Shown: piece by piece, positions 8,727 to 20,800 of the stretch
Layout of the letters: the number at the start of each line of letters is the position of its first letter
How positions within the stretch are numbered: position 1 is the stretch's first letter
From: Gordius albopunctatus
Taxonomy: Eukaryota
Assembly: GCA_964276515.1 (NCBI GenBank)
Contig: OZ193909.1
Span: 9,052,001-9,116,000 of the forward strand
Direction: 5' to 3'
DNA: 64,000 nucleotides
Translations under genes and position numbers: made by a program
The notes under the pieces: generated by a model
What the model saw: only the letters and a program-made list of their open reading frames with translations
Database searches by the model: none
What the model was told of the DNA's origin: nothing

Positions 8727-11603
8727 ATGTTAATCTCTAAACCCCTATGCCCAACTTGTAAGCGACGAATATGCCTTGATAAACATAATTGTTTCTGGAT
8801 TCATGGTCCAGTGTCTTCAAGATGCCCTTCTTCGGGCAAATTACCTCCACCCTGCTTACCAATTCCACCCCTGGCTTCTAACTTTGAAGAGGCTCCCCTA
8901 TTGCCAATTCCTAGCCCCGTCATCCCCCCATCCTTACAATGCTCCCCATCAATTAATCAACCGCCTGACTCATCTTGGAGCAACTCTTTTTTAACAAACC
9001 CATTCCCTAATACTATCTCCAGAATCCCAAGAGGAGCCAGACCTTCCATCCAACAATCTCTGCTAAATATATTCACTTCCATTATCAAAAACCCTTATAA
9101 CTTAACCAATTGGGACAAACTTTTTAAATTCCCATATTATATCCTTTATGTTAGGGAACCTAATGAACATAATTTATCAAGCCTCATCAAGGAATCCCTT
9201 CTGTGTTTTAATACTGATGTTCCCATTACATGCACAAGTAAAACAAAACCCTTTCCACTGGAACCCACAATTAACCAAACAGCCAAGCACATTTCAAATA
9301 AAATCCATAATTTCAATCCAAAAAGTGCCCTTAGAGCTTTTTATGATAACAACTCAATCGCCCCCTGTTGCCCTGACTCTTATAGGGAGCTTAATCAAAA
9401 ACACCCAGCAGCATCATCAGCCAGTAAATACCCCACATCTCCATCATCAATAGTGCTCGAGTCTTCAGACATCCGTGAAGCCCTTAACTCCTTTCCTTTG
9501 GACTCCGCAGCCGGACTCGACGGATGGCGCCCAGTATATCTACAAGATTTACTCAACCTGAATAATTTAAATACTGAACCTCTTTTAAATTCTATTACTT
9601 CCCTTTGTAATATCATTGTTAACGGAAAATTTCCTCATGAAATCATCCCTATTTTATTCGGTGCAAAACTTATCGCCATCAAAAAACCGGATAATTCAGT
9701 TAGACCCATCGCCATTGGAAGTCTTTTTCGCCGTATTATATCAAAAACCCTCTGCAAACTCATAAAACCCTCCTTATCCGCCAAGCTCCGCCCTCATCAA
9801 CTCGGCTTCGGAATTAAAGGCGGATGTGAGGCAGCCAGCCATGCTGGCCGGATCACACTCCAAAATATTCCCACCGAGTCCTGTTTTGTTAAATTAGATT
9901 TTGCCAATGCTTTTAACTGCATTCGAAGAGAAACCCTTATTAACACTTTTTTAGCTGAATTCCCACAATTCGTAAATTACATTTTATTAAGCTATGGTTC
10001 TACAACCAAGCTTCGATTCGGCGAATACGTCATTGACTCGTCCGAAGGCATCCAACAAGGAGACCCATTAGGTCCTCCTTTGTTTTGTTTAGCCATTCAT
10101 AATTTAGTCGAGGCTATATCATCTCAGTGTATTCTGGATTTAAATGTTTGGTATCTCGACGACGCCACCCTATGTGGCCGCCCGGAGGAGATCAGTAAAG
10201 CTATACAAATTATCAACAATTTTAAACCCACTCTGAATCTTACATTAAACTCGAAAAAATGTGAAATCTTTCAGGCCCCCAACACTATTGACTTTCCAAT
10301 TTTTAAACCTTTTTTAGTTTTAGAGAAGGAAAACATATCCCTTTTGGGATCACCCATTGGCGGTGAAAAATCTCTCCTAAATTTTCTTCATAAGAACCTT
10401 GAAATTTTAAAATCTAAAACGGAACTTTTAAAATGCTTGCCAGCGCATCACTCATTTTACATAATCAAAAACTATTTTAACATCTCAAAGATTAATCATT
10501 GTTTTCGCTCATCTGGCGCATTTTTACACCTAGACGTTTTAAAGTCGTACGAAGGCTTTTTAAAAACGTTATTAGAAAAAATTTTAAATTTAAAATTTAA
10601 TACTAACAATTGGATTCAAGCATCCCTCCCAACCAAATCTGGAGGATTAGGAATTCGCCCTCCCGGCAGCATATCGCTAGCCGCTTTTATTTCCTCTTTT
10701 AAGTCGGTCCAAAACTTAATTTTTAATCTCATAAAACATGATTCCGACCCCCTGCTAACTCAAGCCTTGGAGCTTTGGAATTTGAATGTCACACCCGAGA
10801 CCATCCAACCTCAAAGTACGAGACAAAAGGATTGGGATTCTGGACTAGTATCGCGCTCCGTTGATTACCTCTTATCGAGCAGCGATGATAGCCAGCATTA
10901 CAACCTTAGGTCCCTCGCTTTTGACGGTTCCGGTCACGAGTGGCTTGAAGCCTATCCCAGCAAACTTTTGGGAATGCTGCTTGAAGACTTTGAGCTATCA
11001 TATTCCATAGCTTTAAGGTTGGGGATTAGTTACAGCAGAGAATTCAACTGTCAAAACTGCTTTACCGTTGTAGACGAATATGCTAGGCACCCTCTACACT
11101 GCCTAGCAAACAAATATAAATACGTTAGGCACACTAAAGCTAATTTATTAATTCAAGCTGCCCTTAAAAAGGCCAAAATCCCCTCAATCCTTGAGCCGTC
11201 AGATCCCTCTCTTGAAGGTAGGATGCGCCCTGACGGCTCTTCTCTAGTCCCCTGGCAAAATGGCCTATCCCTCAAATGGGATTTTACTTGTATTGACCTT
11301 TTTGCACCTTCCCATTTTAATTACGACCCTATCGCTACAGAAGAAGGACGTAAAACTACAAAGTATTCCGCCCTTTTGGCATCCAATATTTTTATCCCTG
11401 TCGTTGCCACGTGCTCTGGTTCCTTTGGAAAACAGGCAATGGGGTTTTTTAAAGAAATCGGAAAACGCACCCCGAAATCTAAAATTTCTGCGTCCTTTTT
11501 ACTCAGGCAACAACTAGGGATTCTTGTTGCACGATACAACTTTAAATCATTTGCCGACTCATGGCCCATTTTAGAAGAGAATGATATAAATCTTTGTATT
11601 TAA
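8727..11603 (+). CDS. Retrotransposon polyprotein: N-terminal Cys/His Zn finger, reverse transcriptase, CCHC knuckle, restriction-like (PD-D/ExK) endonuclease
   Basis: 958 aa, uninterrupted. CPTC...WIHGP...CPSSG; AAGLDGWRP; KKPDNSVRPIAIG; QLGFGIKGGCE; KLDFANAFN; GIQQGDPLGP; WYLDD (10149-10163); LPTKSGGLG; CQNC...HPLHC..RH; EP...RPDG...WD...E..K..KY. This motif set fits CRE-like elements; there is no APE domain. Confidence 0.95.
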   Translation: MLISKPLCPTCKRRICLDKHNCFWIHGPVSSRCPSSGKLPPPCLPIPPLASNFEEAPLLPIPSPVIPPSLQCSPSINQPPDSSWSNSFLTNPFPNTISRIPRGARPSIQQSLLNIFTSIIKNPYNLTNWDKLFKFPYYILYVREPNEHNLSSLIKESLLCFNTDVPITCTSKTKPFPLEPTINQTAKHISNKIHNFNPKSALRAFYDNNSIAPCCPDSYRELNQKHPAASSASKYPTSPSSIVLESSDIREALNSFPLDSAAGLDGWRPVYLQDLLNLNNLNTEPLLNSITSLCNIIVNGKFPHEIIPILFGAKLIAIKKPDNSVRPIAIGSLFRRIISKTLCKLIKPSLSAKLRPHQLGFGIKGGCEAASHAGRITLQNIPTESCFVKLDFANAFNCIRRETLINTFLAEFPQFVNYILLSYGSTTKLRFGEYVIDSSEGIQQGDPLGPPLFCLAIHNLVEAISSQCILDLNVWYLDDATLCGRPEEISKAIQIINNFKPTLNLTLNSKKCEIFQAPNTIDFPIFKPFLVLEKENISLLGSPIGGEKSLLNFLHKNLEILKSKTELLKCLPAHHSFYIIKNYFNISKINHCFRSSGAFLHLDVLKSYEGFLKTLLEKILNLKFNTNNWIQASLPTKSGGLGIRPPGSISLAAFISSFKSVQNLIFNLIKHDSDPLLTQALELWNLNVTPETIQPQSTRQKDWDSGLVSRSVDYLLSSSDDSQHYNLRSLAFDGSGHEWLEAYPSKLLGMLLEDFELSYSIALRLGISYSREFNCQNCFTVVDEYARHPLHCLANKYKYVRHTKANLLIQAALKKAKIPSILEPSDPSLEGRMRPDGSSLVPWQNGLSLKWDFTCIDLFAPSHFNYDPIATEEGRKTTKYSALLASNIFIPVVATCSGSFGKQAMGFFKEIGKRTPKSKISASFLLRQQLGILVARYNFKSFADSWPILEENDINLCI

Positions 11604-11657
11604 CCAATATGTCTTTATTTTTGTATTTCGCTTATTAATGTAACTTTGTTTCTTGAA

Positions 11658-11671
11658 AATAAACTTTTTAA

Positions 11672-11713
<42 letters not shown>
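11658..11713 (+). terminator. Polyadenylation signal AATAAA and retrotransposed poly(A) tail (41 A)
   Basis: AATAAA ends 9 nt upstream of an uninterrupted A run at 11673-11713. Confidence 0.85.
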
Positions 11714-11715
<2 letters not shown>

Positions 11716-11863
11716 TTAATAGGGTTTTCAAATTAGCTTACTTTTATATATTTTTTCAAGCTCTTTTACATAAAATAACAAAAAATATATTTTTTTGCTC
11801 AAAATATTTCAAATTTTTTCCATTAAACCATATTAATCCGATGAAAGTTGTAATTTTCAGACG
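11714..11863 (+). repeat. Right copy of 150-bp target-site duplication
   Basis: Begins GATTAATAGGGTTTTC right after the poly(A) and ends TTCAGACG; the satellite then continues in register (TGATTTCC...). Confidence 0.92.
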
Positions 11864-14800
11864 TGATTTCCATGATAAGAAGTAAAAATTTATCACAATT
11901 AGATAACTATTACTTTGAAATAATCATCGCATATAGCATGTTTCAAAAATTCAGCACTCTCGTCGCGATGAAACAAACCAATCGCAATAATATAACGTTG
12001 TCTTTCCTCAAAATGATAGTTCTCGCAGCTTAAAACTTCTTATAAGGAGTCGATCGAGATTAATAGGAATCTCAAATTAGCTTACTTTTATATATTTTTT
12101 CAAGCTCTTTTACATAAAATAACAAAAAATATATTTTTTTGCTCAAAATATTTATAATTATTTCCATTAACACATATTCATCCGATGAAAGTTGTTATTT
12201 TCAGACGTGTATTCCATGATAAGAAGTAAAAATTTATCACAATTAGATAACTATTAATTTGAAATAATCATCGCATATAGCATGTTTCAAAAATTCAGCA
12301 CTCTCGTCGCGATGAAACAAACTAATCGCAACAATATAACGTTGTCTTTCCTCAAAATCATAGTTCTCGCAGCTTAAAACTTCTTAGAAGGAGTCGATCG
12401 AGATTAATCAGAATCTCAAATTAGCTTACTTTTATATATTTTTTCAAGCTCTTTTACATAAAATAACAAAAAATATATTTTTTAGCTCAAAATATTTAAA
12501 ATTATTTCCATTAACACATATTCATCCGATGAAAGTTGTTATTTTCAGACGTGATTTCCATGATAAGAAGTAAAAATTTATCACAATTAGATAACTACTA
12601 CTTTAAAATAATCATCGCATATAGCATGTTTCAAAAATTCAGCACTCTAGTCGCGATGAAACAAACTAATCGCAACAATATAACATTGTCTTTCCTCAAA
12701 ATGATAGTTCTCGCAGCTTAAAACTTATTATAAGGAGTCGATCGAGATTAATCAGAATCTCAAATTAGCTTACTTTTATATATTTTTTCAAGCTCTTTTA
12801 CATAAAATAAAAAAAAATATATTTTTTAGCTCAAAATATTTATAATTATTTCCATTAACACATATTCATCCGATGAAAGTTGTAAATTTTCAGACGTCTA
12901 TTCCATGATAAGAAGTAAAAATTTATCACAATTAGATAACTATTAATTTGAAATAATCATCGCATATAGCATGTTTCAAAAATTCAGCACTCTCGTCGCG
13001 ATGAAACAAACTAATCGCAACAATATAACGTTGTCTTTCCTCAAAATGATAGTTCTCGCAGCTTAAAATCTCTTATAAGGAGTCGATAGAGATTAATAGG
13101 AATCTTAAATTAGCATACTTTTATATATTTTTTCAAGCTCTTTTACATAAAATAACAAAAAATATATTTTTTTAGCTCAAAGTATTTAAAATTATTTCCA
13201 TTAAACCATATTCATCAGATGAAAGTTGTTATTTTCAGACGTGTATTCCATGATAAGAAGTAAAAATTTATCACAATTAGATAACTATTACTTTGAAATA
13301 ATCATCGCATATATCATGTTTTAAAAATTCAGCACTCTCGTCGCGATGAAAGAAACTAATCGCAACAATATAACGTTGTCTTTCCTCAAAATGATAGTTC
13401 TCGCAGCTTAAAACTTCTTATAAGGAGTCGATCGAGATTAATCAGAATCTCAAATTAGCTTACTTTTATATATTTTTTCAACCTCTTTTACATAAAATAA
13501 CAAAAAATATATTTTTTTAGCTCAAAATATTTAAAATTATTTCCATTAACACATATTCATCCGATGAAAGTTGTTATTTTCAGACGTGATTTCCATGATA
13601 AGAAGTAAAAATTTATCACAATTAGATAACTACTACTTTGAAATAATCATCGCATATATCATGTTTCAATAATTCAGCACTCTAGTCGCGATGAAACAAA
13701 CTAATCGCAACAATATAACATTGTCTTTATTCAAAATGATAGTTCTCGCAGCTTAAAACTTCTTATAAGGAGTCGATCGAGATTAATCAGAATCTCAAAT
13801 TAGCTTACTTTTACATATTTTTTCAAGCTCTTTTACATAAAATAACAAAAAATATATTTTTTAGCTCAAAATATTTAAAAATTTTTCCATTAACACATAT
13901 TCATCAGATGAAAGTTGTTATTTTCAGACGTGTATTCCATGATAAGAAGTAAAAATTTATCACAATTAGATAACTACTACTTTGAAATAATCATCGCATA
14001 TAGTATGTTTCAAAAATTCAGCACTCTAGTCGCGATGAAACAAACTAATCGCAACAATATAACATTGTCTTTATTCAAAATGATAGTTCTCGCAGCTTAA
14101 AACTTCTTATAAGGAGTCGATCGAGATTAATCAGAATCTCAAATTAGCTTACTTTTATATATTTTTTCAAGCTCTTTTACATAAAATAACAAAAAATATA
14201 TTTTTTAGCTCAAAATATTTATAATTATTTCCATTAAACCATATTCATCCGATGAAAGTTGTTATTTTCAGACGTGATTTCCATGATAAGAAGTAAAAAT
14301 TTATCACAATTAGATAACTACTACTTTGAAATAATCATCGCATATAGCATGTTTCAAAAATTCAGCACTCTAGTCGCGATGAAACAAACTAATCGCAACA
14401 ATATAACATTGTCTTTATTCAAAATGATAGTTCTCGCAGCTTAAAACTTCTTATAAGGAGTCGATCGAGATTAATCAGAATCTCAAATTAGCTTACTTTT
14501 ATATATTTTTTCAAGCTCTTTTACATAAAATAACAAAAAATATATTTTTTAGCTCAAAGTATTTAAAATTATTTCCATTAAACCATATTCATCCGATGAA
14601 AGTTGTTATTTTCAGACGTGATTTCCATGATAAGAAGTAAAAATTTATCACAATTAGATAACTACTACTTTGAAATAATCATCGCATATAGCATGTTTCA
14701 AAAATTCAGCACTCTAGTCGCGATGAAACAAACTAATCGCAACAATATAACGTTGTCTTTCCTCAAAATGATAGTTCTCGCAGCTTAAAACTTCTTATAA

Positions 14801-17800
14801 GGAGTCGATCGAGATTAATCAGAATCTCAAATTAGCTTACTTTTATATATTTTTTCAAGCTCTTTTACATAAAATAACAAAAAATATATTTTTTAGCTCA
14901 AAGTATTTAAAATTATTTCCATTAAACCATATTCATCCGATGAAAGTTGTTATTTTCAGACGTGATTTCCATGATAAGAAGTAAAAATTTATCACAATTA
15001 GATAACTACTACTTTGAAATAATCATCGCATATAGCATGTTTCAAAAATTCAGCACTCTAGTCGCGATGAAACAAACTAATCGCAACAATATAACATTGT
15101 CTTTATTCAAAATGATAGTTCTCGCAGCTTAAAACTTCTTATAAGGAGTCGATCGAGATTAATCAGAATCTCAAATTAGCTTACTTTTATATATTTTTTC
15201 AAGCTCTTTTACATAAAATAACAAAAAATATATTTTTTAGCTCAAAGTATTTAAAATTATTTCCATTAAACCATATTCATCCGATGAAAGTTGTTATTTT
15301 CAGACGTGATTTCCATGATAAGAAGTAAAAATTTATCACAATTAGATAACTATTAATTTGAAATAATCATCGCATATAGCATGTTTCAAAAATTCAGCAC
15401 TCTAGTCGCGATGAAACAAACTAATCGCAACAATATAACGTTGTCTTTCCTCAAAATGATAGTTCTCGCAGCTTAAAACTTCTTATAAGGAGTCGATCGA
15501 GATTAATCAGAATCTCAAATTAGCTTACTTTTATATATTTTTTCAAGCTCTTTTACATAAAATAAAAAAAAATATATTTTTTTAGCTCAAAATATTTAAA
15601 ATTATTTCCATTAACACATATTCATCCGATGAAAGTTGTTATTTTCAGACGTGATTTCCATGATAAGAAGTAAAAATTTATCACAATTAGATAACTACTA
15701 CTTTGAAATAATCATCGCATATAGCATGTTTCAAAAATTCAGCACTCTAGTCGCGATGAAACAAACTAATCGCAACAATATAACATTGTCTTTATTCAAA
15801 ATGATAGTTCTCGCAGCTTAAAACTTCTTATAAGGAGTCGATCGAGATTAATCAGAATCTCAAATTAGCTTACTTTTATATATTTTTTCAAGCTCTTTTA
15901 CATAAAATAACAAAAAATATATTTTTTTAGCTCAAAATATTTAAAATTATTTCCATTAACACATATTCATCCGATAAAAGTTGTTATTTTCAGACGTGAT
16001 TTCCATGATAAGAAGTAAAAATTTATCACAATTAGATAACTATTACTTTGAAATAATCATCGCATATAGCATGTTTCAAAAATTCAGCACTCTAGTCGCG
16101 ATGAAACAAACTAATCGCAACAATATAACATTGTCTTTCCTCAAAATGATAGTTCTCGCAGCTTAAAACTTCTTATAAGGAGTCGATCGAGATTAATCAG
16201 AATCTCAAATTAGCTTACTTTTATATATTTTTTCAAGCTCTTTTACATAAAATAACAAAAAATATATTTTTTTAGCTCAAAATATTTAAAATTATTTCCA
16301 TTAACACATATTCATCCGATGAAAGTTGTTATTTTCAGACGTGATTTCCATGATAAGAAGTAAAAATTTATCACAATTAGATAACTACTACTTTGAAATA
16401 ATCATCGCATATATCATGTTTCAATAATTCAGCACTCTCGTCGCGATGAAAGAAACTAATCGCAACAATATAACATTGTCTTTCCTCAAAATGATAGTTC
16501 TCGCAGCTTAAAACTTCTTATAAGGAGTCGATCGAGATTAATAGGAATCTCAAATTAGCTTACTTTTATATATTTTTCCAAGCTCTTTTACATAAAATAA
16601 CAAAAAATATATTTTTTTAGCTCAAAATATTTAAAATTATTTCCATTAAACCATATTCATCCGAAGAAAGTTGTTATTTTCAGACGTGATTTTCATGATA
16701 AGAAGTAAAAATTTATCACAATTAGATAACTATTACTTTGAAATCATCATCGCATATAGCATGTTTCAAAAATTCAGCACTCTCGTCGCGATGAAACAAA
16801 CTAATCGCAACAATATAACGTTGTCTTTCCTCAAAATTATAGTTCCCGCAGCTTAAAACTTCTTATAAGGAGTCGATCGAGATTAATCAGAATCTCAAAT
16901 TAGCTTACTTTTATATATTTTTTCAAGCTCTTTTACATAAAATAACAAAAAATATATTTTTTTAGCTCAAAATATTTAAAATTATTTCCATTAACACATA
17001 TTCATCCGATGAAAGTTGTTATTTTCAGACGTGATTTCCATGATAAGAAGTAAAAATTTATCACAATTAGATAACTACTACTTTGAAATAATCATCGCAT
17101 ATATCATGTTTCAATAATTCAGCACTCTCGTCGCGATGAAAGAAACTAATCGCAACAATATAACATTGTCTTTCCTCAAAATGATAGTTCTCGCAGCTTA
17201 AAACTTCTTATAAGGAGTCGATCGAGATTAATAGGAATCTCAAATTAGCTTACTTTTATATATTTTTCCAAGCTCTTTTACATAAAATAACAAAAAATAT
17301 ATTTTTTTAGCTCAAAATATTTAAAATTATTTCCATTAAACCATATTCATCCGAAGAAAGTTGTTATTTTCAGACGTGATTTTCATGATAAGAAGTAAAA
17401 ATTTATCACAATTAGATAACTATTACTTTGAAATCATCATCGCATATAGCATGTTTCAAAAATTCAGCACTCTCGTCGCGATGAAACAAACTAATCGCAA
17501 CAATATAACGTTGTCTTTCCTCAAAATTATAGTTCCCGCAGCTTAAAACTTCTTATAAGGAGTCGATCGAGATTAATCAGAATCTCAAATTAGCTTACTT
17601 TTATATATTTTTTCAAGCTCTTTTACATAAAATAACAAAAAATATATTTTTTTACCTCAAAATATTTAAAATTATTTCCATTAACACATATTCATCCGAT
17701 GAAAGTTGTTATTTTCAGACGTGATTTCCATGATAAGAAGTAAAAATTTATCACAATTAGATAACTACTACTTTGAAATAATCATCGCATATAGCATGTT

Positions 17801-20800
17801 TCAAAAATTCAGCACTCTAGTCGCGATGAAACAAACTAATCGCAACAATATAACATTGTCTTTATTCAAAATGATAGTTCTCGCAGCTTAAAACTTCTTA
17901 TAAGGAGTCGATCGAGATTAATCAGAATCTCAAATTAGCTTACTTTTATATATTTTTTCAAGCTCTTTTACATAAAATAACAAAAAATATATTTTTTAGC
18001 TCAAAGTATTTAAAATTATTTCCATTAAACCATATTCATCCGATGAAAGTTGTTATTTTCAGACGTGATTTCCATGATAAGAAGTAAAAATTTATCACAA
18101 TTAGATAACTACTACTTTGAAATAATCATCGCATATAGCATGTTTCAAAAATTCAGCACTCTAGTCGCGATGAAACAAACTAATCGCAACAATATAACAT
18201 TGTCTTTATTCAAAATGATAGTTCTCGCAGCTTAAAACTTCTTATAAGGAGTCGATCGAGATTAATCAGAATCTCAAATTAGCTTACTTTTATATATTTT
18301 TTCAAGCTCTTTTACATAAAATAACAAAAAATATATTTTTTTAGCTCAAAATATTTAAAATTATTTCCATTAACACATATTCATCCGATAAAAGTTGTTA
18401 TTTTCAGACGTGATTTCCATGATAAGAAGTAAAAATTTATCACAATTAGATAACTATTACTTTGAAATAATCATCGCATATAGCATGTTTCAAAAATTCA
18501 GCACTCTAGTCGCGATGAAACAAACTAATCGCAACAATATAACATTGTCTTTCCTCAAAATGATAGTTCTCGCAGCTTAAAACTTCTTATAAGGAGTCGA
18601 TCGAGATTAATCAGAATCTCAAATTAGCTTACTTTTATATATTTTTCCAAGCTCTTTTACATAAAATAACAAAAAATATATTTTTTTAGCTCAAAATATT
18701 TAAAATTATTTCCATTAACACATATTCATCCGATGAAAGTTGTTATTTTCAGACGTGATTTCCATGATAAGAAGTAAAAATTTATCACAATTAGATAACT
18801 ACTACTTTGAAATAATCATCGCATATATCATGTTTCAATAATTCAGCACTCTCGTCGCGATGAAAGAAACTAATCGCAACAATATAACATTGTCTTTCCT
18901 CAAAATGATAGTTCTCGCAGCTTAAAACTTCTTATAAGGAGTCGATCGAGATTAATAGGAATCTCAAATTAGCTTACTTTTATATATTTTTCCAAGCTCT
19001 TTTACATAAAATAACAAAAAATATATTTTTTTAGCTCAAAATATTTAAAATTATTTCCATTAAACCATATTCATCCGAAGAAAGTTGTTATTTTCAGACG
19101 TGATTTTCATGATAAGAAGTAAAAATTTATCACAATTAGATAACTATTACTTTGAAATCATCATCGCATATAGCATGTTTCAAAAATTCAGCACTCTCGT
19201 CGCGATGAAACAAACTAATCGCAACAATATAACGTTGTCTTTCCTCAAAATTATAGTTCCCGCAGCTTAAAACTTCTTATAAGGAGTCGATCGAGATTAA
19301 TCAGAATCTCAAATTAGCTTACTTTTATATATTTTTTCAAGCTCTTTTACATAAAATAACAAAAAATATATTTTTTTACCTCAAAATATTTAAAATTATT
19401 TCCATTAACACATATTCATCCGATGAAAGTTGTTATTTTCAGACGTGATTTCCATGATAAGAAGTAAAAATTTATCACAATTAGATAACTACTACTTTGA
19501 AATAATCATCGCATATAGCATGTTTCAAAAATTCAGCACTCTAGTCGCGATGAAACAAACTAATCGCAACAATATAACATTGTCTTTATTCAAAATGATA
19601 GTTCTCGCAGCTTAAAACTTCTTATAAGGAGTCGATCGAGATTAATCAGAATCTCAAATTAGCTTACTTTTATATATTTTTTCAAGCTCTTTTACATAAA
19701 ATAACAAAAAATATATTTTTTAGCTCAAAGTATTTAAAATTATTTCCATTAAACCATATTCATCCGATGAAAGTTGTTATTTTCAGACGTGATTTCCATG
19801 ATAAGAAGTAAAAATTTATCACAATTAGATAACTACTACTTTGAAATAATCATCGCATATAGCATGTTTCAAAAATTCAGCACTCTAGTCGCGATGAAAC
19901 AAACTAATCGCAACAATATAACATTGTCTTTATTCAAAATGATAGTTCTCGCAGCTTAAAACTTCTTATAAGGAGTCGATCGAGATTAATCAGAATCTCA
20001 AATTAGCTTACTTTTATATATTTTTTCAAGCTCTTTTACATAAAATAACAAAAAATATATTTTTTAGCTCAAAGTATTTAAAATTATTTCCATTAAACCA
20101 TATTCATCCGATGAAAGTTGTTATTTTCAGACGTGATTTCCATGATAAGAAGTAAAAATTTATCACAATTAGATAACTACTACTTTGAAATAATCATCGC
20201 ATATAGCATGTTTCAAAAATTCAGCACTCTAGTCGCGATGAAACAAACTAATCGCAACAATATAACGTTGTCTTCATTCAAAATGATAGTTCTCGCAGCT
20301 TAAAACTTCTTATAAGGAGTCGATCGAGATTAATCAGAATCTCAAATTAGCTTACTTTTATATATTTTTTCAAGCTCTTTTACATAAAATAACAAAAAAT
20401 ATATTTTTCGCTCAAAGTATTTAAAATTATTTCCATTAAACCATATTCATCCGATGAAAGTTGTTATTTTCAGACGTGATTTCCATGATAAGAAGTAAAA
20501 ATTTATCACAATTAGATAACTACTACTTTGAAATAATCATCGCATATAGCATGTTTCAAAAATTCAGCACTCTAGTCGCGATGAAACAAACTAATCGCAA
20601 CAATATAACATTGGCTTTATTCAAAATGATAGTTCTCGCAGCTTAAAACTTCTTATAAGGAGTCGATCGAGATTAATCAGAATCTCAAATTAGCTTACTT
20701 TTATATATTTTTTCAAGCTCTTTTACATAAAATAACAAAAAATATATTTTTTAGCTCAAAATATTTATAATTATTTCCATTAAACCATATTCATCCGATG

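Larger units (their letters stand above)
7779..11713 (+). mobile_element. CRE-clade (RLE-type) non-LTR retrotransposon, apparently intact, ~3.9 kb, inserted in satellite
   Basis: Non-satellite sequence from 7779; ~950-nt 5' region; single ORF; ~70-nt 3' UTR with AATAAA (11658-11663); A41 tail (11673-11713); flanking direct repeat. Confidence 0.93.

Noticed and set aside
8727..11603. Bacterial retron, group II intron or DGR reverse transcriptase
   Set aside because: Poly(A) tail, TSD, CCHC plus RLE C-terminus and CRE-type motifs identify a eukaryotic non-LTR element.
8776..11885. Small overlapping ORFs (8776, 9148, 9395, 11260, 11321, 11646)
   Set aside because: They are shadow frames of the RT ORF; the poly-K ORF is the translated poly(A) tail running into satellite.
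14553..14584. Monomer as a spliced-leader RNA gene (classic CRE target): minus strand GGTTTAAT...TTTGAG resembles the ends of nematode SL1, and AATTTTTGA looks Sm-like
   Set aside because: No GT donor follows, the length is wrong, the motif is polymorphic among monomers, and the Sm-like site is ~190 nt away. Probably chance in AT-rich DNA; transcript 5'-end data would settle it.
14240..14585. 344-bp monomer as a diverged 2 x 172-bp dimer
   Set aside because: No convincing half-to-half similarity by eye; the repeated GATGAAA motifs are ~127 bp apart, not 172.
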